From Gemmatimonadota bacterium (GTDB lineage Bacteria > Gemmatimonadota > Gemmatimonadetes > Gemmatimonadales > GWC2-71-9), in assembly GCA_039932125.1 (NCBI GenBank), contig JBDTQP010000002.1, positions 1 through 35,416 on the forward strand: a stretch of DNA of 35,416 bases. Direction: 5' to 3'. Below, in pieces: positions 7,829 through 18,153 of the stretch. Positions within the stretch are counted from its first letter, which is position 1, and the number at the start of each line of letters is the position of its first letter. The notes under the pieces are model-generated. The model saw nothing but the letters and a program-made list of their open reading frames with translations. It had not been told where the DNA came from and did no database searches. Position numbers and translations under genes: made by a program.

Positions 7829-8769
7829 TCGAATCGCTGACCCGCCGAGATACCTCGCCCACGCACCCAGTCGGCAACAGCCATGCGTTTCTTTCCCGCC
7901 GGCTGGACCTCGCGGACCATCAGCCCGCCCCTGCCACTCAAAATGGAAAGCCGTTCGCCAGCCTGGAGTACTGTGCCGGGTAGGCAACCCTGGATTGACG
8001 AGTGATCGACGCTGTCCTGGATCCTGCCACCAAACAGCTTGACTTCAGTCCCGTTAAAAGTGGTCCACGCTCCCGGATCTGGATCGAACGCCCGTAGCCG
8101 GCGGACGCATTGTCCAGCGTCCTCTTCCCATTTCATCCGGCAGAGCTCACGGTCGATCTTGGGTGCGAATGTCGCCATGCCGTGGTCCTGGGGAATGGGC
8201 GGCTCGTTGTCCTTCATCTGGGCCGTGATGGTTTCGATGAGAGCGGCTCCGCCAATCTGCGCGAGCCGGTGACTCAATTCGCCGCCGGTTTCCTCGTATC
8301 CGATCGGGGTAGCGACGCGGTGATAGACCGGGCCGCTATCGACACCCTCTTCCATCCGCATGATACTGACACCGGTTTCGGTCTCGCCGTGAAGAATCGC
8401 CCACTGTATCGGTGCCGCGCCGCGAAGCTTCGGCAGCAGAGACGCGTGCACGTTGATCATTCCTGTCCGGGGGATCGCCAGCACGTCGGGCCGCAGGATG
8501 TGGCCATAGGCGACGACCACGCCCAGGTCGGGATCGAAGCGACGCAGCGTTTCCGCGAACACGTCACCCACCGGCTTGACCGGCTGCAGCACCGGAATAT
8601 CGAGGTCGGCGGCGATGACTTTGATCGGGGCGGGGACGAGCTGGGACCGCGACCTTCCCTGGGGTTTGTCAGGCTGGGTGACAACGGCCGATACGTCGAA
8701 ACCCGCGGCGAGAAGCGCTTTCAGTGAAGGCACCGCGAACGCCGGCGTCCCGAAAAACACGATACGCAT
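7825..8769 (-). CDS. fmt: methionyl-tRNA formyltransferase
   Basis: 314 aa with MRIVFFGTPAFAVPSL, INVHASLLP-x-RGAAPI and a C-terminal Fmt domain. Confidence 0.95.
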   Translation of the reverse strand: MRIVFFGTPAFAVPSLKALLAAGFDVSAVVTQPDKPQGRSRSQLVPAPIKVIAADLDIPVLQPVKPVGDVFAETLRRFDPDLGVVVAYGHILRPDVLAIPRTGMINVHASLLPKLRGAAPIQWAILHGETETGVSIMRMEEGVDSGPVYHRVATPIGYEETGGELSHRLAQIGGAALIETITAQMKDNEPPIPQDHGMATFAPKIDRELCRMKWEEDAGQCVRRLRAFDPDPGAWTTFNGTEVKLFGGRIQDSVDHSSIQGCLPGTVLQAGERLSILSGRGGLMVREVQPAGKKRMAVADWVRGRGISAGQRFE

Positions 8770-9298
8770 CAGGCAGAGCCGGCTGCAGGCGAGCCGACCT
8801 CCTTGATATAGCTCTCGCCCTTGTGCTCTTTCTTATAACGGGCAAGAAGCATCGTGCGCTTGATCGGACCGAGATGATCGAGAAAGAGAATGCCGTCGAG
8901 ATGGTCGATCTCATGCTGGATGGCCCGCGCCAGCAATCCGCCGGCTTCACGGGTATAGCGCAGGCCATCGCTACCGGTTGCCTCCACTGTGATCCGGCCG
9001 GGACGGGTAACCTCGGCGTACACCTCAGGAATCGAGAGACAGCCCTCCTCGGCGGACTCCTTTCCTTCGCTCTCGACGATCACCGGATCGATCAATACGA
9101 GGCGATCTTCGTCCGTCTCTACCACAGCGATCCGTCGGGCGATTCCCACCTGGTTCGCGGCGAGACCAACACCCTTCGAGGCATGCATCGTTTCGAAGAG
9201 ATTATCAATGAAACGGCGGGTCTCATCGTCTATGGTGCCCACCTCGTTGCTTCGCTGCCGCAGCACCGGAGAACCGAGGAGGTGAAGAGGCAGCAGGC

Positions 9299-9302
<4 letters not shown>
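8769..9302 (-). CDS. def: peptide deformylase
   Basis: 177 aa carrying the three Def motifs (GVGLAANQ, EGCLSIP, QHEIDHLDG). Confidence 0.95.
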
Positions 9303-11521
<2,219 letters not shown>

Positions 11522-11525
<4 letters not shown>

Positions 11526-12190
11526 GATCTCCTCCGGCCGTTACTGGTCTTGGTAAAGCTCTCGAGCGCGACCCTGAGGGAGATCTCTCCTTCATGGTAG
11601 GAATCCCAGCCGCCCGCCCGTGCGTGGTCGGAAATCGCCTGGCTGGTGCGTCGCATTTTCCGGGCAATCTCAACCTGGGTCATTCCCGTTCTCAGATACT
11701 GGAGCACCTGTCTCTGCCGGTCGCTCATCCGCTGGCGCTGCCGATCCAGCAGGCGGGCGATGCCGTTGAGAATCTGATCTTCCGCTTCGCCAAAGCCGAG
11801 AAACACGCCGCCGAGCTTTCGGTCTTTTGCGGCGGCCTCGACGGCCTCCCTTGCGCGGTGAAGCACCGGGCCGTCGAGCTGAAGGACATTGTTCCCCAGT
11901 GGTGTCTCCAGGGTTCCAGCGCCGATGCCGAGACGGACGTTTGCCGTGGGAAATCCGGTCTCGATGTGCCAGATAAGGTCGGGCAAGCTCCTGCCGGTCG
12001 TGAGCAGTCCCTGGAACTCGTCACCTCGACTGACCACAAAGGGCGCTGCTACGTCGCTGGAGAAGGATTGATTGAGCTGGGTCACCAGCTGACTGAACCG
12101 CTGCTGCAGGACGCCTCGCCGGGCCCCCAGGAAACGCCGGGAATCAACGACATCACCGATGACAGCAAGGTAGGCCAGGTGATTTATCAT
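11522..12190 (-). CDS. SatD-like protein: nucleotidyl-cyclase-palm-like N-domain plus C-terminal HTH
   Basis: 222 aa. AVIGDVVDSR ... SRGDEFQGL ... VRLGIGAGT...LDGPVLHRAREAVEAA is followed by the HTH QRQVLQYLRTGMTQVEIARKMRRTSQAISDH. No SD. A -10-like box sits 5 nt upstream of the ATG. Confidence 0.62.
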
Positions 12191-12194
12191 GATA

Positions 12195-12239
12195 AAGCTT
12201 AATAGCTTGTATTAGTAATAGTCAAGCTTAATCGCTTGT
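12195..12239 (-). promoter_or_regulatory. putative promoter/operator of the SatD-like operon: two 16-bp direct repeats
   Basis: Plus strand aagcttaatagcttgt (12195-12210) and aagcttaatcgcttgt (12224-12239) match 15/16 and start 29 bp apart. Each contains AAGCT-N4-AGCTT inverted arms. On the minus strand: TTGACT (12225-12220) - 18 nt - TAAGCT (12201-12196) - 5 nt - ATG 12190. Confidence 0.5.
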
Positions 12240-12277
12240 TAATGCATACTCCAAGCCTTTTGCAGCCCGCCGGTCGC

Positions 12278-13315
12278 TCAGGGAATAGCCATCGCATCGC
12301 CATAGCTGTAAAAGCGGTACCGCTGTTCCACTGCTTCGGTGTAGGCCCGCATGACCAGTTCGTGGCCGGCCAGGGCGGACACCAGCATAAGAAGGGTGGA
12401 GCGGGGGAGGTGAAAGTTTGTCAGGAGACAATCGACGACGCGGAATCGGTACCCAGGGGTGATCATGAGAGTGGTTTCACCAGAGCCGGCCCGGAGGGCA
12501 CCGGAAACCGCCGCGCTTTCCAGCGCGCGGACCACCGTTGTGCCAACCGCCCACACTCTGCCGCCTCGCCGCCTGGTTCCTGCGACGAGATCGCGCGCCG
12601 CTTCCGGAACGTGGTAGCGCTCCGGGTGCATGGCATGGGTGCCAATGTCCTCGCCCTCAACCGGTTTGAAAGTGCCAGGCCCAACTTCCAGCTCGAGCCG
12701 CGCGATGGCGACACCCATCCTCTCCACGTGCGCGAGGGTCTCCGCCGTGAAGTGAAGGCCCGCCGTTGGCGCTGCGACGCTCGACTCCCGATCGGCGTAG
12801 ATCGTCTGGTACCCCGCTTCATCTCGCTCGTCGGGGTCACGCCTGATGTAGGGCGGTAGGGGGAGCCGGCCGAAACGCTGCATGGCTTCTTCCGCGGAGG
12901 CGCCGATGAACCGGATGGCCCGGTTGCCATTCTCGAAAACCTCCAGCGTCTCGATGGCAATGGAGTCCGAAAGTGCGATGCGCTTTCCCGGGCGGAGCGC
13001 GCTTCCCGGCTTGCCCATGGCAATCCAGGTCCCATTCACACCAGGATGGATGAGTAGAACCTCGGCTGGGGCACCGGAGGGCCTGTGGCCAATCAGCCGC
13101 GCATGGCGTACCCGTGTTGTGTTGAGAACCAGGCAGTCGCCCGGTGAGAGCAGGGAAGGGAAATCGGCGAACCAGCGATGCTCAAGCCTGTTCGTATCGC
13201 GATGCAGGACCATCAGGCGGCTGGCACCACGGGCAGCGATCGGATGCTGTGCAATGAGCTCGGGAGGAAGCGGGTAATCAAAATCGGATGTCCGGAGCGC
13301 GTGTCGCTCAGTCAT
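12278..13315 (-). CDS. queA: S-adenosylmethionine:tRNA ribosyltransferase-isomerase
   Basis: 345 aa with SDFDYPLPPELIAQHP, the PLPPYI motif, TAGLHFT, VGTT and FRFYSYGDAM. Confidence 0.95.
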   Translation of the reverse strand: MTERHALRTSDFDYPLPPELIAQHPIAARGASRLMVLHRDTNRLEHRWFADFPSLLSPGDCLVLNTTRVRHARLIGHRPSGAPAEVLLIHPGVNGTWIAMGKPGSALRPGKRIALSDSIAIETLEVFENGNRAIRFIGASAEEAMQRFGRLPLPPYIRRDPDERDEAGYQTIYADRESSVAAPTAGLHFTAETLAHVERMGVAIARLELEVGPGTFKPVEGEDIGTHAMHPERYHVPEAARDLVAGTRRRGGRVWAVGTTVVRALESAAVSGALRAGSGETTLMITPGYRFRVVDCLLTNFHLPRSTLLMLVSALAGHELVMRAYTEAVEQRYRFYSYGDAMAIP

Positions 13316-13391
13316 GCTGCGTCCCGGTTCGCCCCTCGCGGAAATGCCCTCGTCCAGCGGGTGCTCGCAGAATTATCGCGGACCTGCACCA

Positions 13392-14414
13392 TCAGAACAT
13401 GCTCGCCTGCTGTCCAGCCGGTGGCTTGATCCCGAAACGCTTGTACGCGAGTGCTGTCGCGCAACGACCCCGTGCTGTCCTCTCCAGAAAACCCTGCTGA
13501 ATCAGATAGGGCTCGTATACCTCTTCAAGCGTGCCACTGTCTTCTCCCACCGCAATGGCAATGGTGTTGAGTCCCACCGGTCCCCCGCCAAATTTTTCGA
13601 TGATCGTTGTGAGGATGCGGGCGTCCATGTCATCGAGGCCGAACTCATCGACGTTGAGCCTGGCGAGCGCGTCGCGCGCAACCTGGGCCGTAATGTTCCC
13701 GTCCGCCCTCACTTGGGCGTAGTCTCTCACCCGTCGCAGCAGCCGGTTTGCCACCCGCGGGGTTCCCCGGCTTCGCTTGGCGATTTCTTCCGCGCCTTCT
13801 CCGTCGATGGGCACCGAGAGAATCGAAGCGCTCCGCTCGACGATGGTCTGGAGATCTCGCGCCGGGTAGAAGTTGAGCCGCTCGACCAGGCCGAAACGGG
13901 CCCGCATGGGAGGCGTGAGCATGCCAAAACGGGTTGTCGCACCGATCAGGGTGAACTTCTCAATTGTCATCGGAATGGTCTGGGCCCGCGGGCCATCGGC
14001 AATCCGCACGTCCACCCGATAGTCTTCCATCGCCGGATAGAGAAACTCCTCCAGCTGCGGTCGCATGCGGTGGATTTCATTGATGAACAGGATGTCGCCC
14101 GGCGCGAGCGTGGTGAGCATACCCACCAGGTCTCCCGGCTTTTCCAGGACTGGCCCTGAGGTGGTGCGAAGCTGGACGCCCATCTCCCGCGCGACGAGCA
14201 TGGCGAGGGTCGTCTTGCCCAGCCCCGGTGGCCCGAAGAAGAGGAGATGATCCAGCGTCTCTCCCCGCGCGCGTGCCGCGTCGATTGCAATCTGGAGGGA
14301 GGCTTTGACCTGCTCCTGTCCGACAAACTCCGTCAGACGCGAAGGCCGTAGCGCCGCCTCGGCGCTGGTTTCTTCCGGCAGGACCTCGGGAGTCGTGACC
14401 TGGAGCTTGCTCAT
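13392..14414 (-). CDS. ruvB: Holliday junction branch-migration ATPase RuvB
   Basis: 340 aa with [11 protein letters not shown], Walker [10 protein letters not shown], Walker B ILFINEIH and a C-terminal winged helix. Confidence 0.97.
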   Translation of the reverse strand: MSKLQVTTPEVLPEETSAEAALRPSRLTEFVGQEQVKASLQIAIDAARARGETLDHLLFFGPPGLGKTTLAMLVAREMGVQLRTTSGPVLEKPGDLVGMLTTLAPGDILFINEIHRMRPQLEEFLYPAMEDYRVDVRIADGPRAQTIPMTIEKFTLIGATTRFGMLTPPMRARFGLVERLNFYPARDLQTIVERSASILSVPIDGEGAEEIAKRSRGTPRVANRLLRRVRDYAQVRADGNITAQVARDALARLNVDEFGLDDMDARILTTIIEKFGGGPVGLNTIAIAVGEDSGTLEEVYEPYLIQQGFLERTARGRCATALAYKRFGIKPPAGQQASMF

Positions 14415-14424
14415 TCGTGCTCAG

Positions 14425-14601
14425 TCAGCTCGCGAGCCTGGCATCCCAGCGCACCGGCCGCTTACCGATCCGGACGATGTGCGCCGTCTTGCATGAGAGG
14501 CAGCGGTCATTGACTTCGTCAGTTCCGAAGGCAACCAGCTTTCGATTGGTGCTTCCACAACGGGTGCAGACCCACTCGGCCGTGCGTGCAACGACACTCA
14601 T
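14425..14601 (-). CDS. 58-aa zinc-ribbon protein (C-x2-C ... C-x2-C), uncharacterised
   Basis: MSVVARTAEWVCTRCGST...NDRCLSCKTAH... ATG 14601 overlaps the ruvA stop (ATGA) and is preceded by a strong SD (GAGGAGGA, 5-nt spacer). High GC3. Ends 10 nt before the ruvB ATG. Confidence 0.55.
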   Translation of the reverse strand: MSVVARTAEWVCTRCGSTNRKLVAFGTDEVNDRCLSCKTAHIVRIGKRPVRWDARLAS

Positions 14602-15206
14602 GACTTTCCTCCTCGGGGTTTCGCGATCCATTGCAGGGCGCGGCGCACCACCTGTCCGGTTTCCGTCTCGGCTCCGGTTGCCAGCACCTGGCGGACCGCG
14701 TCCTCCGCAATAGCCGGCGAATAGCCCAGCCCGGTCAACGCCGCGACGGCATCTTCGGCGGGGCGGGGCCCCGGGTTCACCGCCGCCGCTGCTGCTTCTC
14801 CATCGGTGAACCGGTCATGCAACTCCAGAATCAGTCGCTCGGCTTTCTTCTTGCCAATACCGCTGACCGTCGCCAGGGCCGCGATGTCCTTGTTGCGAAT
14901 ACTGCGAACGGTGCGGTCGGGGCCCAGTGTAGACAGGAGCGCCAGGGCGAGGCGCGGGCCAAAACCACTGGCACCCAGCAGGCGCTGGAAGACGCGTCGT
15001 TCGCTGGCCTGATCGAATCCGAAGAGCAGCCAGCCATCCTCTCGCACGACCAGCTCGGTATAGAGGCGCACCGTCCCGCCGGCCGAAGGCAGTCGCTCGA
15101 ACACTCCCAGCGGAACCGTGATCGCATAACCTACTCCGCCTTCCGTCTCGATGACGATCGTCTCATCTTCCCGTTCCGTCAGAGTACCCGTGACGGTCGC
15201 GATCAT
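14598..15206 (-). CDS. ruvA: Holliday junction DNA helicase subunit RuvA
   Basis: MIATVTGTLTE...GVGYAITVPL, HhH motifs (LLGASGFGPRLAL, LATVSGIGKKKAERLILEL) and C-terminal domain III. ATG 15206 overlaps the ruvC stop (ATGA). The track ORF start 15335 is an upstream extension. Confidence 0.9.
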   Translation of the reverse strand: MIATVTGTLTEREDETIVIETEGGVGYAITVPLGVFERLPSAGGTVRLYTELVVREDGWLLFGFDQASERRVFQRLLGASGFGPRLALALLSTLGPDRTVRSIRNKDIAALATVSGIGKKKAERLILELHDRFTDGEAAAAAVNPGPRPAEDAVAALTGLGYSPAIAEDAVRQVLATGAETETGQVVRRALQWIAKPRGGKS

Positions 15207-15709
15207 CGTCCGTTCGCCATGCTGACGGGCAGTCGGGAAATTCGGGCGAGCATCAGGTGAGTGAGGGCCAATGCCACTCCATCCGCGGCATCCGCCGGCG
15301 CGGGAGCGGACTTCAACCGGAGAAGCTGGGCGCACATGTATCCCACCTGCGGTTTCATCGCCGCCCCGCGTCCGACGACGGTCTTCTTGACGACCGACGG
15401 CGCGTACTCGGCTATCGCGATCCCGGCGTCCTCAGCGGAAAGAAGTATGACCCCTCTCGCGTGACCCAGCACCATGGCCGTGCGGACGTTCTTGCCGTAG
15501 AAAATACCCTCGATGGCGAGAACGTCAGGATGGTGGCGTTCGATGAGCTCGTTGATTCCCGCATGAATCGTATGGAGGCGAGCCGAGAGCGGAGCGCGCG
15601 GAGTCGTTCGGATCACTCCGCATTCGAGCAGGCGGGGTCCGGGCCGGCCGTCCTCCACCACTCCGTATCCGATGACGGCGGTGCCAGGATCGATACCGAG
15701 CACCCTCAT
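15203..15709 (-). CDS. ruvC: crossover junction endodeoxyribonuclease RuvC
   Basis: MRVLGIDPGT... with AIEGIFYGKN and ADAADGVALAL. Start is taken at ATG 15709, where the conserved N-terminus begins. Confidence 0.9.
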   Translation of the reverse strand: MRVLGIDPGTAVIGYGVVEDGRPGPRLLECGVIRTTPRAPLSARLHTIHAGINELIERHHPDVLAIEGIFYGKNVRTAMVLGHARGVILLSAEDAGIAIAEYAPSVVKKTVVGRGAAMKPQVGYMCAQLLRLKSAPAPADAADGVALALTHLMLARISRLPVSMANGR

Positions 15710-15725
15710 GGGGTGGGCGGCAGGA

Positions 15726-16475
15726 TCACGCCGAGGCCTCGGCCAGCTGGGAAGCGTCAATATCGAAGTTAGAGAAGACCTTGCCTACGTCATCCAGCTC
15801 TTCCAGCACTTCCATCAACTTGAGAATGCGCTCGGCGTCCTTACCCTCGACCCTGACGGTATTGCGGGGAACCATCGCGAGCTCGGCTGAATCGGGTTCG
15901 ATCTTCCGGTCGCGCATCGCGTCCTGCACGCCGTGCAGGGCATAGGGCGTGGTGGAGACGATGTACTGTTCCCCTTCTCTCACAAAATCGTCCGCGCCGG
16001 CTTCGAGCGCCGCTTCGAGGGTCGAGTCTTCCTCGTACGTCTCGGCGTCAATGTAGATCTGGCCCTTCTTGTCAAACATCCAGAGCACCGAATTGGTGGC
16101 CCCCAGGTTCCCGCCGTTGCGGCTGAACGCATGGCGAATTTCGGCGACGGTCCGATTGGCATTGTCGGTCGATGCTTCGATTACGATGGCGGCACCACCA
16201 GGGCCGTACCCTTCGTACGTGACTTCCTCGTACGAGCTGCCCTCGAGCTCGCCGGTCCCTTTCCTGACGGCTCTCTCGATATTCTCGTTGGGCATGTTGA
16301 CGGCTTTCGCAGCATCGATTGCAAGCCGGAGACGCGGATTTCCCGCAGGGTCACCTCCGCCAGACTTGGCGGAAATGGTGATTTCGCGGATCACCTTGGT
16401 CCAGGAGGCAGCGCGCTTCTGGTCTGTCACCGCCTTTTTCCGCTTGATCTGCTTCCATTTGCTGTGGCCTGCCAT
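15726..16475 (-). CDS. yebC: YebC/PmpR-family transcriptional regulator
   Basis: MAGHSKWKQIKRKK N-terminus with the typical YebC body. SD AGGAG lies 7 nt upstream of ATG 16475. Confidence 0.92.
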   Translation of the reverse strand: MAGHSKWKQIKRKKAVTDQKRAASWTKVIREITISAKSGGGDPAGNPRLRLAIDAAKAVNMPNENIERAVRKGTGELEGSSYEEVTYEGYGPGGAAIVIEASTDNANRTVAEIRHAFSRNGGNLGATNSVLWMFDKKGQIYIDAETYEEDSTLEAALEAGADDFVREGEQYIVSTTPYALHGVQDAMRDRKIEPDSAELAMVPRNTVRVEGKDAERILKLMEVLEELDDVGKVFSNFDIDASQLAEASA

Positions 16476-16629
16476 ACGAAACTCCTGATCGGGCTGGTGT
16501 CTCTGGTGGGGCGCATCAGGCCTGAATATGTGACCGGCGGCTGCAACCTTCGCGGCCGCGACACGCCGGCCTGCCTCGTCGAGCTTCACGCAAACTTACT
16601 CTCCGCACAAGGCTTGAGCAACGCGAGGG

Positions 16630-16658
16630 TTGACCCTGTGAGAACGCTCCGCTAGTCT
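16630..16658 (+). promoter_or_regulatory. sigma70-like promoter placed for a near-leaderless transcript
   Basis: TTGACC (16630-16635) - 17 nt - TAGTCT (16653-16658) - 9 nt - ATG 16668. There is no SD in between. Confidence 0.5.
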
Positions 16659-16667
16659 CCACACCCT

Positions 16668-17102
16668 ATGCGTATCCCAATACAATTGAGCGTGTTAACG
16701 ATGGCCCTCGTGCTCGCCGGCGGCTGTCGCGACCGGAAGCCTTTGCCGCCGCTTTCCCAGACTATGCCCAACCTTCCACTCCCACCGATGGCACGGGTCG
16801 TCGAGCGTTCGGGCGGGGAAGATGCTCTCCAGATCACCTTCTGGAGCGCAATGTCTCCTGATTCCCTGGCGCAGTATTACCGCACCGTCCTGTCTGAGGG
16901 GGAGTGGAACCTTGTGGGCGATACAAAGACGAGGACCGGTGAGATTGCGCTGTATGCCGAGCGGAAAGGGCCGCCACTCTGGGTCACCATTCAGTCGGAT
17001 AGCACCGAGGGCGGGTCACGCCTGACCCTCAGTGGTGTAGTGATCAAGTCCGACAGCAGCAAGACCGCCCCAACCCCGCCCGATTCCGCCAGGAAATCCT
17101 GA
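16668..17102 (+). CDS. hypothetical lipoprotein
   Basis: 144 aa. Signal peptide with lipobox (LVLAGGC). No family motifs recognised. Confidence 0.6.
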   Translation: MRIPIQLSVLTMALVLAGGCRDRKPLPPLSQTMPNLPLPPMARVVERSGGEDALQITFWSAMSPDSLAQYYRTVLSEGEWNLVGDTKTRTGEIALYAERKGPPLWVTIQSDSTEGGSRLTLSGVVIKSDSSKTAPTPPDSARKS

Positions 17103-17131
17103 AGCCAGTCTGGGAATCATGGTATAGAAAA

Positions 17132-17153
17132 GGCGAGCGCTTCGGCGCTCGCC
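17132..17153. terminator. bidirectional intrinsic terminator between convergent genes
   Basis: Perfect 9-bp GC-rich stem GGCGAGCGC / GCGCTCGCC with a TTCG loop. An A-run (GAAAA) lies on the left, which reads as a T-run for the minus-strand gene. TTCAGCATTTT lies on the right. Confidence 0.7.
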
Positions 17154-17182
17154 TTCAGCATTTTGAGTATGGATCGGGCAGG

Positions 17183-18061
17183 TCAGTGTTCCGGGTCCAG
17201 CATATCTTCGAAACGAAGCCACCGCTGATAGAAGTAGAGGTCGACAAAACCAGTCGGACCGTTCCGGTTCTTGGCAATGATCAGCTCGGTGGCTCCTTCC
17301 ATTCCGCCTCCGGGACGGTACATCTCTTCACGATAGATACCCAGCACCAGGTCGGCATGCTGCTTGACGGCGCCGAGTCCTCCGAGATCGTCGAGGCCGG
17401 GGCGCGGGTCTTCGCGGCTGGAAAGATTCGTTGTTACCTGGGCCAGTGTCAGGACTGTCGCATCGTGCTTGAGTGCCATGGCCTTGAATGCCCGAACTGA
17501 GAACCCGAGCGATTCTTCGGTGTTCGCTCCCTCCCGGGGAGGATCTACCAGCTCGAGCGGGTCTACGATGACCAGTGTGCGTCGAGGTACTATTTCCAGT
17601 TGATCCTCCATGGCTTCGAAGCTGAGTCCATGGAGGGGGCGGATCACCAGTGGAATATCTCGCAAGCGGAGTGCAGCGGCTCCAACTGCCGCCCGCGTCG
17701 GATCCTTGAGCTTGCCGCCCCGTATTTCATCGATCGAAGCTCGTCCCGCCAGCGCCAGCGCGCGTTCCATCATCCGCTCCTCGGTCATCTCCCCGGAGAA
17801 GAAGATGGTCGGAGTTCCCAACTCCGCACTCCGCACAGCAATGCCCAGGGCCAGCGATGACTTGCCGCTGCCAACATCTCCCGCGAGTATGACCAGGTCC
17901 CGCCGGCGGAAGCCTCCACCCAGCATCTTGTCGACAGATGGAAAACCCGTCGGCACGGTATCTCCCCCGCTTTCCCCTCTCGGAGTAGCATCAATTCGCT
18001 CAACGACCGACTCCGCGGTGCTCGGCGACGGGACAGGTCTCTGACGTCGTGGTTTGCTCAT
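17183..18061 (-). CDS. DnaB-helicase C-terminal (RecA-like) domain protein lacking the DnaB N-terminal domain
   Basis: 292 aa. PTGFPSVDKMLGGGFRRRDLVILAGDVGSGKSS (Walker A), LVIVDPLE (Walker B) and IIAKNRNGPTGFVDLYFYQRWLRFED match the DnaB C-domain layout. Only 92 nt separate the start from the upstream gene, so no N-domain can be encoded. Confidence 0.75.
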   Translation of the reverse strand: MSKPRRQRPVPSPSTAESVVERIDATPRGESGGDTVPTGFPSVDKMLGGGFRRRDLVILAGDVGSGKSSLALGIAVRSAELGTPTIFFSGEMTEERMMERALALAGRASIDEIRGGKLKDPTRAAVGAAALRLRDIPLVIRPLHGLSFEAMEDQLEIVPRRTLVIVDPLELVDPPREGANTEESLGFSVRAFKAMALKHDATVLTLAQVTTNLSSREDPRPGLDDLGGLGAVKQHADLVLGIYREEMYRPGGGMEGATELIIAKNRNGPTGFVDLYFYQRWLRFEDMLDPEH

Positions 18062-18153
18062 GCGAACGCCCGTCTGAGTAGAAGGAGGGCAACCGATTTA
18101 CCGCAAGGACGCAATGTATTCTATCTGTTTCTTCTGGGGCGGGACCTCTCGAC

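Noticed and set aside
7212-7877. N-terminal 222 codons of track ORF 7002..7877
   Set aside because: Only the last 69 codons (ThiS, ending VGGG) are meaningful. The upstream part overlaps thiE in another frame and is Arg/Gly/Ser-rich nonsense.
18081-18089. Perfect plus-strand SD (GAAGGAGGG) in the DnaB-like upstream spacer
   Set aside because: There is no ATG, GTG or TTG within 5-12 nt downstream. The nearest ATG is about 25 nt away and opens no meaningful ORF.
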